Positions 19,842 through 29,270 of a DNA stretch of 64,000 nucleotides are shown here, in pieces. Source of the stretch: a virus; the UHGV virus genome UHGV-0057547, one strand, 5' to 3'. Position 1 is the first letter of the stretch. Every line of letters begins with the position of its first letter. The notes under the pieces were generated by a model, which did no database searches, had not been told where the DNA came from, and saw nothing but the letters and a program-made list of their open reading frames with translations. A program made the translations under genes and the position numbers.

Positions 19842-20077
19842 TATTCATTTTCTCCTTTTTTATTTTCTTCTTCTTTTTCAGTTTCTCTTATGATTTCATT
19901 AATTTTACCTATAATTATTTCATTCATTTTTGTTAATGCATCACTTAATTCTTCTGAATCTTCTTTAGTCATTTTTTCTTTTATATCTATTTTTTTACCA
20001 TTTATCTCTAATTCATATATTTCTAATGCTAAAGTACCATTCTCACCAATTAATAATTCACCTATTTGGTCTTTCAT
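19841..20077 (-). CDS. Hypothetical acidic protein
   Basis: 78-aa ORF overlapping the dut start. Confidence 0.35.
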   Translation of the reverse strand: MKDQIGELLIGENGTLALEIYELEINGKKIDIKEKMTKEDSEELSDALTKMNEIIIGKINEIIRETEKEEENKKGENE

Positions 20078-20099
20078 AAGTATCAGCTCCTTATATTTT

Positions 20100-20137
20100 A
20101 TTTATATTATACTATTATTTTTCTTTATTGTCAAGAG
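20100..20137 (-). promoter_or_regulatory. Consensus promoter repeat (TTGACA-N17-TATAAT)
   Basis: -10 at 20106-20111, -35 at 20129-20134. Confidence 0.55.
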
Positions 20138-20164
20138 AAATTTTAAATTTTTTCTTTTAATCAT

Positions 20165-20695
20165 CTATTTTATATTATTTATTTTTTTATATAAACAATA
20201 GGCGAGCCCGACAGCATCCATCATATCAGAATTTTTATCTTTATTATCTCTATCATTGTATTCACCTAAGTCTATAACATTCTTCCTAAGCCATTTAAAT
20301 GCCCCTTCTTTTGATTTGCCAGTACCCGTTGCTATCTTTCTCCATTGAGAAGGAGAATAGATATAAATTAAATTATATCCATTCTCAAGTAACAATGTTA
20401 TTATTCCACCTTGTAATTTAGCAAGTGTTTTACCAGTTCCTTGATGTTTTCCTATATAATTATCTTCTATTGATATGTGGGTTACATTATATGATTTGCA
20501 TAATTCAAGACAAGTATGTGCAATGTATTGTATTTTTTTATTTTCATCACTATTGAAATCTTTTGTCTTTATAGGTAATCTATCATAAGCTATAACTTCT
20601 CCTGTTTCTCCATCTAATATAGCAAGACCACTACTTTTTATACTAGCATCAATTCCTAATATTATCTTCTTTTTCTCCAAAACAAACAACTCCAT
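20165..20695 (-). CDS. RuvC-like Holliday-junction resolvase
   Basis: N-terminal ILGIDASIKSSGLAIL with catalytic Asp context, as in phage RuvC-type resolvases. Confidence 0.65.
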   Translation of the reverse strand: MELFVLEKKKIILGIDASIKSSGLAILDGETGEVIAYDRLPIKTKDFNSDENKKIQYIAHTCLELCKSYNVTHISIEDNYIGKHQGTGKTLAKLQGGIITLLLENGYNLIYIYSPSQWRKIATGTGKSKEGAFKWLRKNVIDLGEYNDRDNKDKNSDMMDAVGLAYCLYKKINNIK

Positions 20696-20707
20696 TTATA
20701 TTATGTT

Positions 20708-21355
20708 TTATTTCTTCTTTGTTTTCTTACTTTTACTTTCTTCACATTCTTTAATATGTTTATTTATTATAGCTTTTACTTCTTTAATTGCTTCATCTAA
20801 TCGACCATTACTATTTTTTACTTCACTATATACAGTATGAACTCTAAAAGGCATAAAACGTTCATAATCATCTTTTAATCTTCTATCAATTTCTGCTTCT
20901 AAGTCACCTCTAGCTAATGCTCTAGCTTTTATTTCTTCTTGTGGAGCAGTTATAAATATTGGAACTATCTTATTATTTCCTACATATGCTTTAAGTTCTT
21001 TAAAACCAATTGAATCAACTATAACTATCAAATAATTATCTTTTTCCAATTCTGCTCTTTCTATACCATATCTCCAAGTTGCATCTTTTTCTATGCCATT
21101 TTCTTCTACTTTAGTATGATATACTCTTTGTTCTACAAAATCTGTTCCTCTTTCAAAGAAATCTTTATCATTAATAAAATAATATTCTACACCATCTGTC
21201 TCACCATTTCTCATAGGTCTAGTTGTTGTGCTAATTATTGGTTTTACATTTTCCATATCTTTTAATACCTGCTTAAGTATCGTATCTTTACCAGCACCCA
21301 TATAGCCAAGTAATACAAATATCTTTTTAGCCTTTACATTTCTACTCATTAACAT
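20708..21355 (-). CDS. gmk: Guanylate kinase-like (d)NMP kinase
   Basis: P-loop GYMGAGKDT. Guanylate kinase signature STTTRPMRNGETDGVEYYF. Confidence 0.7.
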   Translation of the reverse strand: MLMSRNVKAKKIFVLLGYMGAGKDTILKQVLKDMENVKPIISTTTRPMRNGETDGVEYYFINDKDFFERGTDFVEQRVYHTKVEENGIEKDATWRYGIERAELEKDNYLIVIVDSIGFKELKAYVGNNKIVPIFITAPQEEIKARALARGDLEAEIDRRLKDDYERFMPFRVHTVYSEVKNSNGRLDEAIKEVKAIINKHIKECEESKSKKTKKK

Positions 21356-21374
21356 CTCTCCTTTTATCCATTTA

Positions 21375-21411
21375 CTTATATTATACTATCATTCTTATTA
21401 AAAGTCAATTA
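21375..21411 (-). promoter_or_regulatory. Consensus promoter repeat
   Basis: -10 at 21380-21385, -35 at 21403-21408, spacer 17. Confidence 0.6.
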
Positions 21412-21627
21412 TTTTTCTTCCCATTTTGTATTTTTATAATCTGCTTCTATTTTTTCTAATACTTCATCAATTGTCAATTCACCACTTACACCTTTACTCA
21501 AAGAAAATAACATTGAACAATAATTATATATTGGACAAAATTCTTCACATTGCATAATTGTATCACATGGTAAATTAGAAAAATCAACTAATAATTTGCC
21601 TAATTCTAAGAGTTTATTTTCATCCAT
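21409..21627 (-). CDS. Small Cys-rich hypothetical protein
   Basis: 72-aa ORF, RBS AAGGAG. Confidence 0.35.
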   Translation of the reverse strand: MDENKLLELGKLLVDFSNLPCDTIMQCEEFCPIYNYCSMLFSLSKGVSGELTIDEVLEKIEADYKNTKWEEK

Positions 21628-21639
21628 ATTATCAACTCC

Positions 21640-21680
21640 TTTATCTATATAATACTATTAATATTATTAAAAGTCAAGAG
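21640..21680 (-). promoter_or_regulatory. Consensus promoter repeat (variant -10)
   Basis: TATTAT-type -10 and TTGACT -35 upstream of 21409..21627. Confidence 0.45.
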
Positions 21681-21726
21681 TATAAAAAGAAAAAACCTAG
21701 ATAAATATTTATCTAGGTTTTAAATT

Positions 21727-24700
21727 TTAATTACATTTGCTATATCCACAATTTAAACATGAATCACATCCATTAGTTTTTATTAATGATGACTCTCCAC
21801 ATTCAGGACACACATTTCCTTTAAGTTCTTCTTTTTTATCATTATTCTTATTTGATTTTTCAACAACTTTCTCTATAACCTTTTCTTCTTTTCCTATCTC
21901 TTTTAAAAATGCCTTCATTTCTTTTAATATAGCCATACCACAATAACTACCATCTGATAAATGATTTCCTTTTCCTCTTTCTCTAGTAAAACTTGGACAA
22001 GCTGATACTCCAGCAAAACTTTTTTCAATCATAGATAAATCTCCACCAATTCTAAGTATAGAGGACATTAATATAGCTATACATTGTAAATTCTTTTCAC
22101 ATCCACCACTACCACTCTTAGTTATATAGACATCTTGTATAGTGTTTTCACTAGGAGACCAACCTATAAATAATTTAAGTTTTCCACAACCAATTATTAA
22201 ATTACGTTTAACATAATAAGTATCTTCTGCTAAAGATTTCCATTGACCACGTTTTAATAATTCTTTTTCTTCGTCTTCTTTTTCATCTTTTGTTGTAAGA
22301 ACACCTTGTCTAGCACATCCATCACGATATATTGTTAATCCTTTTAATCCTTCTTTCCATGCCTCCATATACAATTCTTCAACTTCTTCTACTGTTGCTT
22401 CATTTGGTAAATTTATAGTTGAACTAATTGAAGCATCTATATGTTTTTGCCATACCCCTTGCATTTTAACTCTCATGTGAGGATTTAAAGTTTGGGCAGT
22501 TACAAAGAAATTAGGTAATTCTTCTTCCTCGTTTAAACCATGAAGTTCCATATATTCTTTTGCTATTGGAGTGTATACTTTATAATAAACATCTCCTTCT
22601 TTATGAAGTGATTCAGTTTTTCTAGTATATGATAAATTAAATATAGGTTCTATACCACCACTTACCCCTATCATTGTAGATATTGAACCAGTTGGTGCTA
22701 TTGTTAATAACTGAGAATTTCTAAGTCCATATTTCTTTACTAACTCATAAGTTTCTACACTTGCATTTTTTATTAAAAATTCAGAAGTTAATATAGAAGG
22801 TTTATATTTAGGATAATGACCTTCTTCTTTAGAAAGTAATGCACTAACTTTTATTGATTCATCTGCTAATATTTTGCCTATAGTATCACATATTTCTGTT
22901 GCTTCATCAGTATCATATTTTAATTCAAGTTTAATTAACATATCAGCTATACCCATAACACCAATTCCTATTTGTCTATAATCTCTAACGGTATCTCTTT
23001 GTATTTGCAATGGATGTAGTGGTAAACCTTGGTCTAATACATCATTCATTGCTTTTACTATTGTATGAATATCTTTCTTAAATGCACATATATCAAAAAT
23101 TTTATCATTAACATAAGCTGATAAATTTATACTTCCTAATAAACAGCTTCCACCATTTGGAAGTGGTTCTTCTGCGCAATTATGAGCCACATAACCTTCT
23201 ATTATCCCCCAATGGTTTCTAGGCTCTTTAAAATCATATACTAACTTTTTACCATTATCTTTTATATTTCTAACATAAGGAACTCTACTTTCTATTAATT
23301 TATTAAGTTTTATCTTTTTATAAGTTTGATAAAATCCTATAAATTGTGCAAATAATAATATATCATCATATTTATTTATATTTACATCATAACTTTCTCT
23401 ACATTCATATTCACCATTTTCAAATTCTACCATATGTTTTTTATTTATTGTTAAATTTGCAGTTATCCCAAAATCTTTTTCTAAATTATTTATAAGTTCT
23501 AAAGCAAATTCTTTACAAGTTGTTTTATAACTTATTCTTTTATTTGAATTAACACACCCATTAGCAGAAAAACAACCTTGTAAAAAGTTTGCTTTTTGAT
23601 TTAGATTCCATTCATTATAAGCCTTAGGCATGATTCTATTTGGTAATACTTCTTGTGAAAACTGAAGTTGTTCTAGTAAATCATTATAACCTTGTAAATA
23701 TATAGCTCTATATGATTTTGTAGTATATTCATCATTTTCAAATAAATATCTTATATCTCCATCTTTAACACCTATATTAACTTCTATTCCATTATGCCAT
23801 TCACTGTTTAATCTACTTAATTGTCCATCTCCTTGTATAAAGCCTAATTTAATAAACAATTCATCATCTTTTATTGTTTTATATATTTTAGGCATAATTT
23901 TTTTATTTTTTAAATTTTTAGCTTCACATTCCTCTCCATTGATAGTCATAAATCTATGGTCAGGAGTACATGTTATTTCTTTATTGTTTGATAGTATTAA
24001 TTTTATTGTATCCTTTTCACCATTACACCATACTTTTCCTTTTGAAACTAAACCATCATAACTATATATTAATGGTTCTGTATCACATAATTCTTTTAAA
24101 GTTTTAAATCCTTCATGTGTTAATAATTTCATATCTCCAGTAAAACAAGGATTTACACCTGCATATTCAAATTCATCATCTTCACTTAATAAATTATAAT
24201 CTTCTATTCTTGACCAATATAATATCCCAGGTTCTGCGAAGTCCCAGTTGTTTCTACATAATAATTTAAATACTTCTTTAGCTTTAACAACTTTTTCCAT
24301 TTTATCATTTTCTGCTTCAAAATGTAATACCCAATCTTCATCATTTTCTACTGCCTTCATAAAATCATCATTAACTCTTACTGATATATTTGCTTTAGTA
24401 ACTTTATTTAAATCTGTTTTTATATTTATGAAGTCTATAAGTTCGGGATGCGTACAATCTAATGATAGCATCAAAGCTCCTCTACGACCATTCTGACCAA
24501 TTGTAGATGTGACCTGAGAGAAGGTATCCATAAAACTACAAGCTCCAGTAGTTTCTTTAGAAGCATTATTTACTTTCATACCTTTAGCTCTTAGCTTAGA
24601 TATGTCGACCCCACAACCTCCTCCATAAGAAAATGTTCTAGCCAAATCACTACAAGTTTTATATATATCTTCTATACTATCATCTGTTTTAAGTACATAA

Positions 24701-24927
24701 CAATTTGAATACGTTACTTTTTTACCATGTTTTTCTAATCCTCTATTGCTTAAAATTCTTCCTCCAAACAAAAATTTCTTATCTCTAATTAATTGTTTAA
24801 GTTCTTCATTTTTATTTGATACTCTATCTAACCAATCTTCAAAACTTTCACCCTCAAATTGATATTTATTATGCCATATATCAATTCCTAATTGATTATC
24901 TTCTCCTAGCCATTCTTTTATATCCAT
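21727..24927 (-). CDS. nrdJ: Class II (B12-type) ribonucleotide reductase NrdJ-like, interrupted by an in-frame intein
   Basis: YGGGCGVDISKLR block. NPC...(intein)...CAEEPLPNGGSCLL active-site region. C-terminal Cys-rich zinc ribbon CPECG...CDSCLNCGYSKC. Start likely ATG 24927 (RBS AAGGAGAGAT); the track gives 24975. Confidence 0.8.
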   Translation of the reverse strand: MDIKEWLGEDNQLGIDIWHNKYQFEGESFEDWLDRVSNKNEELKQLIRDKKFLFGGRILSNRGLEKHGKKVTYSNCYVLKTDDSIEDIYKTCSDLARTFSYGGGCGVDISKLRAKGMKVNNASKETTGACSFMDTFSQVTSTIGQNGRRGALMLSLDCTHPELIDFINIKTDLNKVTKANISVRVNDDFMKAVENDEDWVLHFEAENDKMEKVVKAKEVFKLLCRNNWDFAEPGILYWSRIEDYNLLSEDDEFEYAGVNPCFTGDMKLLTHEGFKTLKELCDTEPLIYSYDGLVSKGKVWCNGEKDTIKLILSNNKEITCTPDHRFMTINGEECEAKNLKNKKIMPKIYKTIKDDELFIKLGFIQGDGQLSRLNSEWHNGIEVNIGVKDGDIRYLFENDEYTTKSYRAIYLQGYNDLLEQLQFSQEVLPNRIMPKAYNEWNLNQKANFLQGCFSANGCVNSNKRISYKTTCKEFALELINNLEKDFGITANLTINKKHMVEFENGEYECRESYDVNINKYDDILLFAQFIGFYQTYKKIKLNKLIESRVPYVRNIKDNGKKLVYDFKEPRNHWGIIEGYVAHNCAEEPLPNGGSCLLGSINLSAYVNDKIFDICAFKKDIHTIVKAMNDVLDQGLPLHPLQIQRDTVRDYRQIGIGVMGIADMLIKLELKYDTDEATEICDTIGKILADESIKVSALLSKEEGHYPKYKPSILTSEFLIKNASVETYELVKKYGLRNSQLLTIAPTGSISTMIGVSGGIEPIFNLSYTRKTESLHKEGDVYYKVYTPIAKEYMELHGLNEEEELPNFFVTAQTLNPHMRVKMQGVWQKHIDASISSTINLPNEATVEEVEELYMEAWKEGLKGLTIYRDGCARQGVLTTKDEKEDEEKELLKRGQWKSLAEDTYYVKRNLIIGCGKLKLFIGWSPSENTIQDVYITKSGSGGCEKNLQCIAILMSSILRIGGDLSMIEKSFAGVSACPSFTRERGKGNHLSDGSYCGMAILKEMKAFLKEIGKEEKVIEKVVEKSNKNNDKKEELKGNVCPECGESSLIKTNGCDSCLNCGYSKCN
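23179..24147 (-). mobile_element. Intein with LAGLIDADG homing endonuclease domain inside the RNR
   Basis: 323 in-frame codons begin with Cys directly after extein GVNP and end ...VAHN, followed by Cys. Two LAGLIDADG-like motifs (LGFIQGDGQL, FLQGCFSANGCV). Placed at the conserved NPC(G/A)E active-site motif. Confidence 0.75.
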
Positions 24928-24984
24928 ATTATCTCTCCTTTTCAAATCTAATATAACCACTATATATTGTAGCATATAAAAAAT

Positions 24985-25122
24985 AAGACACTATATATTG
25001 TATTTTATAACCCCTAACCGTGAACTACCAACAAGCTAAAACTTATTTGCTTCTTAGGTAAAGTTACTATTGCAACTAATTTACTAAGCTCAAAAGGTCG
25101 TTCCAACCTCTATTTTTTTTAT
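24985..25122 (-). ncRNA. Putative omega-RNA (reRNA) / right end of the IS605-family element
   Basis: Locally GC-rich, structure-prone 130-nt segment directly 3' of the tnpB stop, the position where TnpB guide RNAs are encoded. Confidence 0.5.
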
Positions 25123-26223
25123 TTATTTATTTAATATTCTTAGTCCTTCATATAATATATTAATACTAGCGTTAATATCTCTATCATGATGTTTGCCACA
25201 ATATGGACAATCAAATTCTCTTATAGATAATTCTTTTTTACCAGTATTATTTCCACAATTACTACATATTTGACTAGAAGGATAATATTTGTCTATGATA
25301 ACGACAGTTCTACCATACCAATTAGCCTTATATTCTAATTGTCTTCTAAATTCATACCATGATACTTCGCTTATTGCTTTGGCTAACTTATGATTTTGTA
25401 AAAGATTTTTTACTTGTAAATCTTCTAAACATATTACTTGGTTTTCGTTTATAAGTTCAGAAGATAATTTATGTAAAAAATCTTTTCTTTGATTAGTTAT
25501 TTTTTCATAAGCTTTAGCTAAGTCAACTCTAGCCTTATTTTTATTCTTACTTCCTTTTTTCTTCCTAGATAAATCTCTTTGTAGTTTTTTTATTTTATTT
25601 TCTTGTTTTCTTAGCCATTTAGGATTAGAATATTTAACTCCATCACTAATTATAGCAAAATCAGTTAATCCTAAATCTATACCAACCGCAAATTCATTTT
25701 TAGGCAATTCTTTTATCTCTTGTTCTACTAATATAGATATATAATATTTACCACTAGGATTTTTAGATATCGTCGCCGATTTAATCTTTCCATCTTTAGG
25801 AATTTGTCTATGTTGTTTAATTCTAACTAGAGTTTTCAATTTAGGTAATTTAATATGTTTATCATCAACTATTCTAAGGATTTGTGTTTTTTGATTATTA
25901 TTTGTAGTATAACTATAATAATTATTTTTTTTAGATTTAAATTTAGGAAAACCTACATTTCTATCTCTAAAAAAATTTTTATATGCTTTATCTAAATCCA
26001 TTTGTGTATTTGCTAATGCTTGACTATCCACTTCTTTTAACCATGGAAATTCTTTTTTGTATTGAGCAGGTCTATTATACAACATTTTATTGTTCTTTTT
26101 ATAATATTCAATTTTATCATTTAACATTTTATTATAAATAAATCTTACACTACCAAAGCATTTAGAAAAATATATTTCTTGTTCTTTATTTGGATATAAT
26201 CTAAATTTATATGCTTTTAACAT
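25123..26223 (-). CDS. tnpB: TnpB (IS200/IS605-family OrfB, RuvC-like RNA-guided nuclease)
   Basis: 366 aa. RuvC-I ([11 protein letters not shown]), RuvC-II Glu region, C-terminal zinc finger CSNCG...CPYCG, then Ruv[15 protein letters not shown]. No tnpA nearby. Confidence 0.85.
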   Translation of the reverse strand: MLKAYKFRLYPNKEQEIYFSKCFGSVRFIYNKMLNDKIEYYKKNNKMLYNRPAQYKKEFPWLKEVDSQALANTQMDLDKAYKNFFRDRNVGFPKFKSKKNNYYSYTTNNNQKTQILRIVDDKHIKLPKLKTLVRIKQHRQIPKDGKIKSATISKNPSGKYYISILVEQEIKELPKNEFAVGIDLGLTDFAIISDGVKYSNPKWLRKQENKIKKLQRDLSRKKKGSKNKNKARVDLAKAYEKITNQRKDFLHKLSSELINENQVICLEDLQVKNLLQNHKLAKAISEVSWYEFRRQLEYKANWYGRTVVIIDKYYPSSQICSNCGNNTGKKELSIREFDCPYCGKHHDRDINASINILYEGLRILNK

Positions 26224-26439
26224 TTTTTCACCTCCTATCTTTAATTATTTATATATTCTTGCAATTGTTTTTCTATACTTACTATGAAATTTTACAATAT
26301 TATTCCTTTCATCTCGTTAGCTAAAATCAATTAATATTTATAAAATTTCATAAGTTGATATAATGTTAAAGTTTGTTGTTTTTCTAATGAAGCTAATATA
26401 TTATTCATAATTCATCTCTCCTTTATTAAGATTATTTTA

Positions 26440-26478
26440 ATTATATTATACTAATATTATTTATAAAAATCAATAGAA
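26440..26478 (-). promoter_or_regulatory. Promoter repeat with weak -35
   Basis: TATAAT at 26445-26450 (minus); -35 TTGATT. Confidence 0.35.
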
Positions 26479-26519
26479 TACATGTATATTTTGTAAATCT
26501 TTTGATAATAATATTAGTA

Positions 26520-26606
26520 TCAAAGAGTTATCAACGTGCTTTCATGATGAATACAACCTATCGCCTTTTTACCAACTGACTAATTGTAAATTTGATAACT
26601 CTTTAA
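26520..26606. repeat. Long inverted repeat (14-bp perfect stems, 56-nt loop)
   Basis: AAAGAGTTATCAA ... TTGATAACTCTTT immediately downstream of the stop of 26612..27598. Confidence 0.5.
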
Positions 26607-26611
26607 TAGAA

Positions 26612-27598
26612 TTATTTTGCTGAATTATCTGCGTTGTGTAAAGCTAATAATCTAGCATAGTTTAAATACCCAATTTTTCTAACCAATTTTTCAGATGAAT
26701 ATCCATTTTTAAATATCATATGATTATTTATTAACCAAGCTATATCCATAATATCTCTATCACAAAATTTAGTATATTTTATTAATATATTTATCACATC
26801 ATAAGCTGACATATTTTCATGATTGTAATAATGACAGTATCTATTTTCCTTATCTTCTGTTTTTGCTATTGGTTTACTTATATCATGTAACATAGAAGCT
26901 ATTAATAAATTTTTATCAAGTTTATCAACCTCTTTTATTTTTTTATAACAAAAATACATATGTTTACTCAAGGATAAATTATGCCATTTACTATCTTGTG
27001 ACATTTCTACACAACTACTTAGTCCTAATTCAATTAATAAATCAATGTATTCTTTATAATTATTACATTCAATAAATCTTTCTTTATCCATACCTAAGTT
27101 ATTTTTTCTTCTGTTATTAATATATAATTTTCTTCCAATATCATAATCTATAATAACTTCATCGAATCCTTCACATTTATGTGGTATTTCTATATTCTTA
27201 TACATTCTTTCTATAACTTCATCAGGAACTCGTTTGCTCCTTGTATCATTATCTATAATACAATCTATTAAATTTTTATATTTAAACAAACAAATTGCTT
27301 TAGAATAATATTTTTTCATTTCTTTTAATAAAGCTCTTCTACGTTTACTAGATATATTTGTAGCTTCATATATAGTTATATGACCATTAGATAAACTTCT
27401 TTTCGTTCTTTCCTTCATTATATCAAATATTTCTTTATTTTTACTTTGGTCTTTTATATCATTTAATAACTCTTTTCTAATTTCATCCGATGATATAACT
27501 TCTATATTTTTATCCTTATTTTCTTCTATATAATCTTTAACCCAAGATGTTTTTCCACTTCCAGGTATCCCAACTGTAACAATTAAAATTCCTTTCAT
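26612..27598 (-). CDS. P-loop polynucleotide-kinase-like domain fused to an HD phosphohydrolase domain (RNA/DNA end-repair candidate)
   Basis: Walker A GIPGSGKTS (AAA_33-like kinase) at the N-terminus. C-terminal H..D motif LHDISKP...HYYNHENM. Confidence 0.55.
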   Translation of the reverse strand: MKGILIVTVGIPGSGKTSWVKDYIEENKDKNIEVISSDEIRKELLNDIKDQSKNKEIFDIMKERTKRSLSNGHITIYEATNISSKRRRALLKEMKKYYSKAICLFKYKNLIDCIIDNDTRSKRVPDEVIERMYKNIEIPHKCEGFDEVIIDYDIGRKLYINNRRKNNLGMDKERFIECNNYKEYIDLLIELGLSSCVEMSQDSKWHNLSLSKHMYFCYKKIKEVDKLDKNLLIASMLHDISKPIAKTEDKENRYCHYYNHENMSAYDVINILIKYTKFCDRDIMDIAWLINNHMIFKNGYSSEKLVRKIGYLNYARLLALHNADNSAK

Positions 27599-27636
27599 TT
27601 ACATCACTCCTTAAAAATAATAGTTTGTGTACTTTA

Positions 27637-27672
27637 GTTATATTATACACAAACTATTATTGAAAGTCAATT
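27637..27672 (-). promoter_or_regulatory. Consensus promoter repeat
   Basis: -10 at 27642-27647, -35 at 27665-27670, spacer 17. Confidence 0.55.
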
Positions 27673-27686
27673 ATTTTTTATTATTT

Positions 27687-28619
27687 TTATTTATTATCTT
27701 CATCATCTTCATATTTACTTAATATTTCACCTAATGTTTTAGATGATTCATCTTCAACTTCATCCTCTTTATCTTCTACTTCTTCATCTTCATCATCTTC
27801 TTTATGACATTTGCAATTTCCGTCACATTCACAATTTCCACCACATTTGCATTCTTTCTTATCTTCCATTCCTTCATCTCCTTCCTCATCTTCATCATCA
27901 TTTAATCCTAAAATTTCAGATAAACCTGTGTGTAATAAAGTTATTGCTAATTCTCCTTCTTCCATATCCATTAATTGAGCAAAGGTTTGGACTGCTAAAG
28001 CAGTTGCTTGATTAAATTTTTCATCTAATTCATCCCAATCAGGTTCACAACCTTCATATCCATAATTTATTATTCCTAACTCTATTGCTTCCTCATAGCC
28101 ATAGTATATACATTTTAATCTACTTGCTTCAATTTGTTCTTCAGGTATATTTGTTTGTTCTCTTATCATCTTATCATATAAATCATCCATATAATCACTA
28201 TGGTCTAAATCACTTCTAACTTCTTCTCTATATCCCATATAATGAGAACGACTACTATGATTCATACCAGCAAATAATTTATCTGCTGTCCTTTTATTAA
28301 ATGCTATATATATTATGAATGCCATAGACATACAAGTTATTCCATTCGCTATTAAAGGTATCCCTAATTCTTGCATCTCTTTTATTCTTGATATAATTAA
28401 GTTACCATCATATATATTTCCTCCGGGAGAGTTTATAGTAACTGTTATCATAGGAAATTTTTGTTGCATAATTTCTTTTATATAAGAAGTCTCCATTTTA
28501 TATGATGTAAATTCATCTATTATATCTTGTGTTTCTTCAATAAACTTATTAGATACATTATCATCAATTATTCCAGTTATAAATAATTCAGTTCTTAATC
28601 TATTTTTTTTATCTACCAT
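27687..28619 (-). CDS. ClpP-family serine protease with Cys-rich / acidic C-terminal extension
   Basis: ClpP core INSPGGNIYDG...GITCMSMAF. The tail carries KECKCGGNCECDGNCKCHKEDDEDEE (metallothionein-like) and a poly-acidic end. Confidence 0.6.
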   Translation of the reverse strand: MVDKKNRLRTELFITGIIDDNVSNKFIEETQDIIDEFTSYKMETSYIKEIMQQKFPMITVTINSPGGNIYDGNLIISRIKEMQELGIPLIANGITCMSMAFIIYIAFNKRTADKLFAGMNHSSRSHYMGYREEVRSDLDHSDYMDDLYDKMIREQTNIPEEQIEASRLKCIYYGYEEAIELGIINYGYEGCEPDWDELDEKFNQATALAVQTFAQLMDMEEGELAITLLHTGLSEILGLNDDEDEEGDEGMEDKKECKCGGNCECDGNCKCHKEDDEDEEVEDKEDEVEDESSKTLGEILSKYEDDEDNK

Positions 28620-28667
28620 ATCAACTATATCTTCCCTCTTATGAGGTACTTCCTTTCTTATTATTTT

Positions 28668-28704
28668 AATTATATTATACTAAGAAATTTATTAAAAGTA
28701 AATA
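28668..28704 (-). promoter_or_regulatory. Consensus promoter repeat
   Basis: -10 at 28674-28679, -35 at 28697-28702. Confidence 0.55.
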
Positions 28705-28706
28705 GA

Positions 28707-29270
28707 TTATTTCAATATTTCTATTTCTAAAGTTGTAGGATTAATATTTATGATTTCTACAATATTTTTTTGTTGTAAAGCATATCTAATAGTATACCAT
28801 GTCCCACCATGTTTTTCATGATTCCAACATGAAATAAGAACATTAGAATTATCTATCATTAATTCATTTCTTTTTATTAATTTTGCAATATGATACTCTC
28901 CTTCTATTGTATCTTTAACTTTATATTGTTCTACAGTATCAACATAAATAACCTCATCACATTTCGACTTCATAATATTATAAACTTCAATATCATTCTT
29001 TCTCCATTTTTTATATTGTTTTTCAAAAGGTATACAACCTATTATGTTAGTTTTTTGTCTACTAAACCATAATTCCTCAAAAGCTATTGTATCAAATCCT
29101 AATGCTAAACCATTATAAGCATTATTTATTTCACCATATTTATTTTCAACATAAGAAAAAACTTCTTGTAATTTATCTCTTAATATGTCATATTTTTTAC
29201 TATAAATACTACCACCATATAATTTTTGAACCCTATGACCAGTGAAGGATATGTTAACCATATATTTCAC
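28707..29270 (-). CDS. DUF1273 / SLOG-fold protein (YoqJ-like)
   Basis: N-terminal ISFTGHRVQKL motif typical of DUF1273. Confidence 0.45.
   Translation of the reverse strand: MKYMVNISFTGHRVQKLYGGSIYSKKYDILRDKLQEVFSYVENKYGEINNAYNGLALGFDTIAFEELWFSRQKTNIIGCIPFEKQYKKWRKNDIEVYNIMKSKCDEVIYVDTVEQYKVKDTIEGEYHIAKLIKRNELMIDNSNVLISCWNHEKHGGTWYTIRYALQQKNIVEIININPTTLEIEILK

Larger units (their letters stand above)
24985..26330 (-). mobile_element. Solo IS605-family (IS1341-like) element: tnpB plus 3' omega-RNA region
   Basis: tnpB without a Y1 transposase, inserted between the RNR start and the kinase-HD gene. Element ends are approximate. Confidence 0.5.

Noticed and set aside
26520-26606. Loop of the long inverted repeat contains AGTTGGTA, reminiscent of a tRNA D-loop
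   Set aside because: The 14-bp stem and absence of T-arm and anticodon arm are incompatible with a tRNA.
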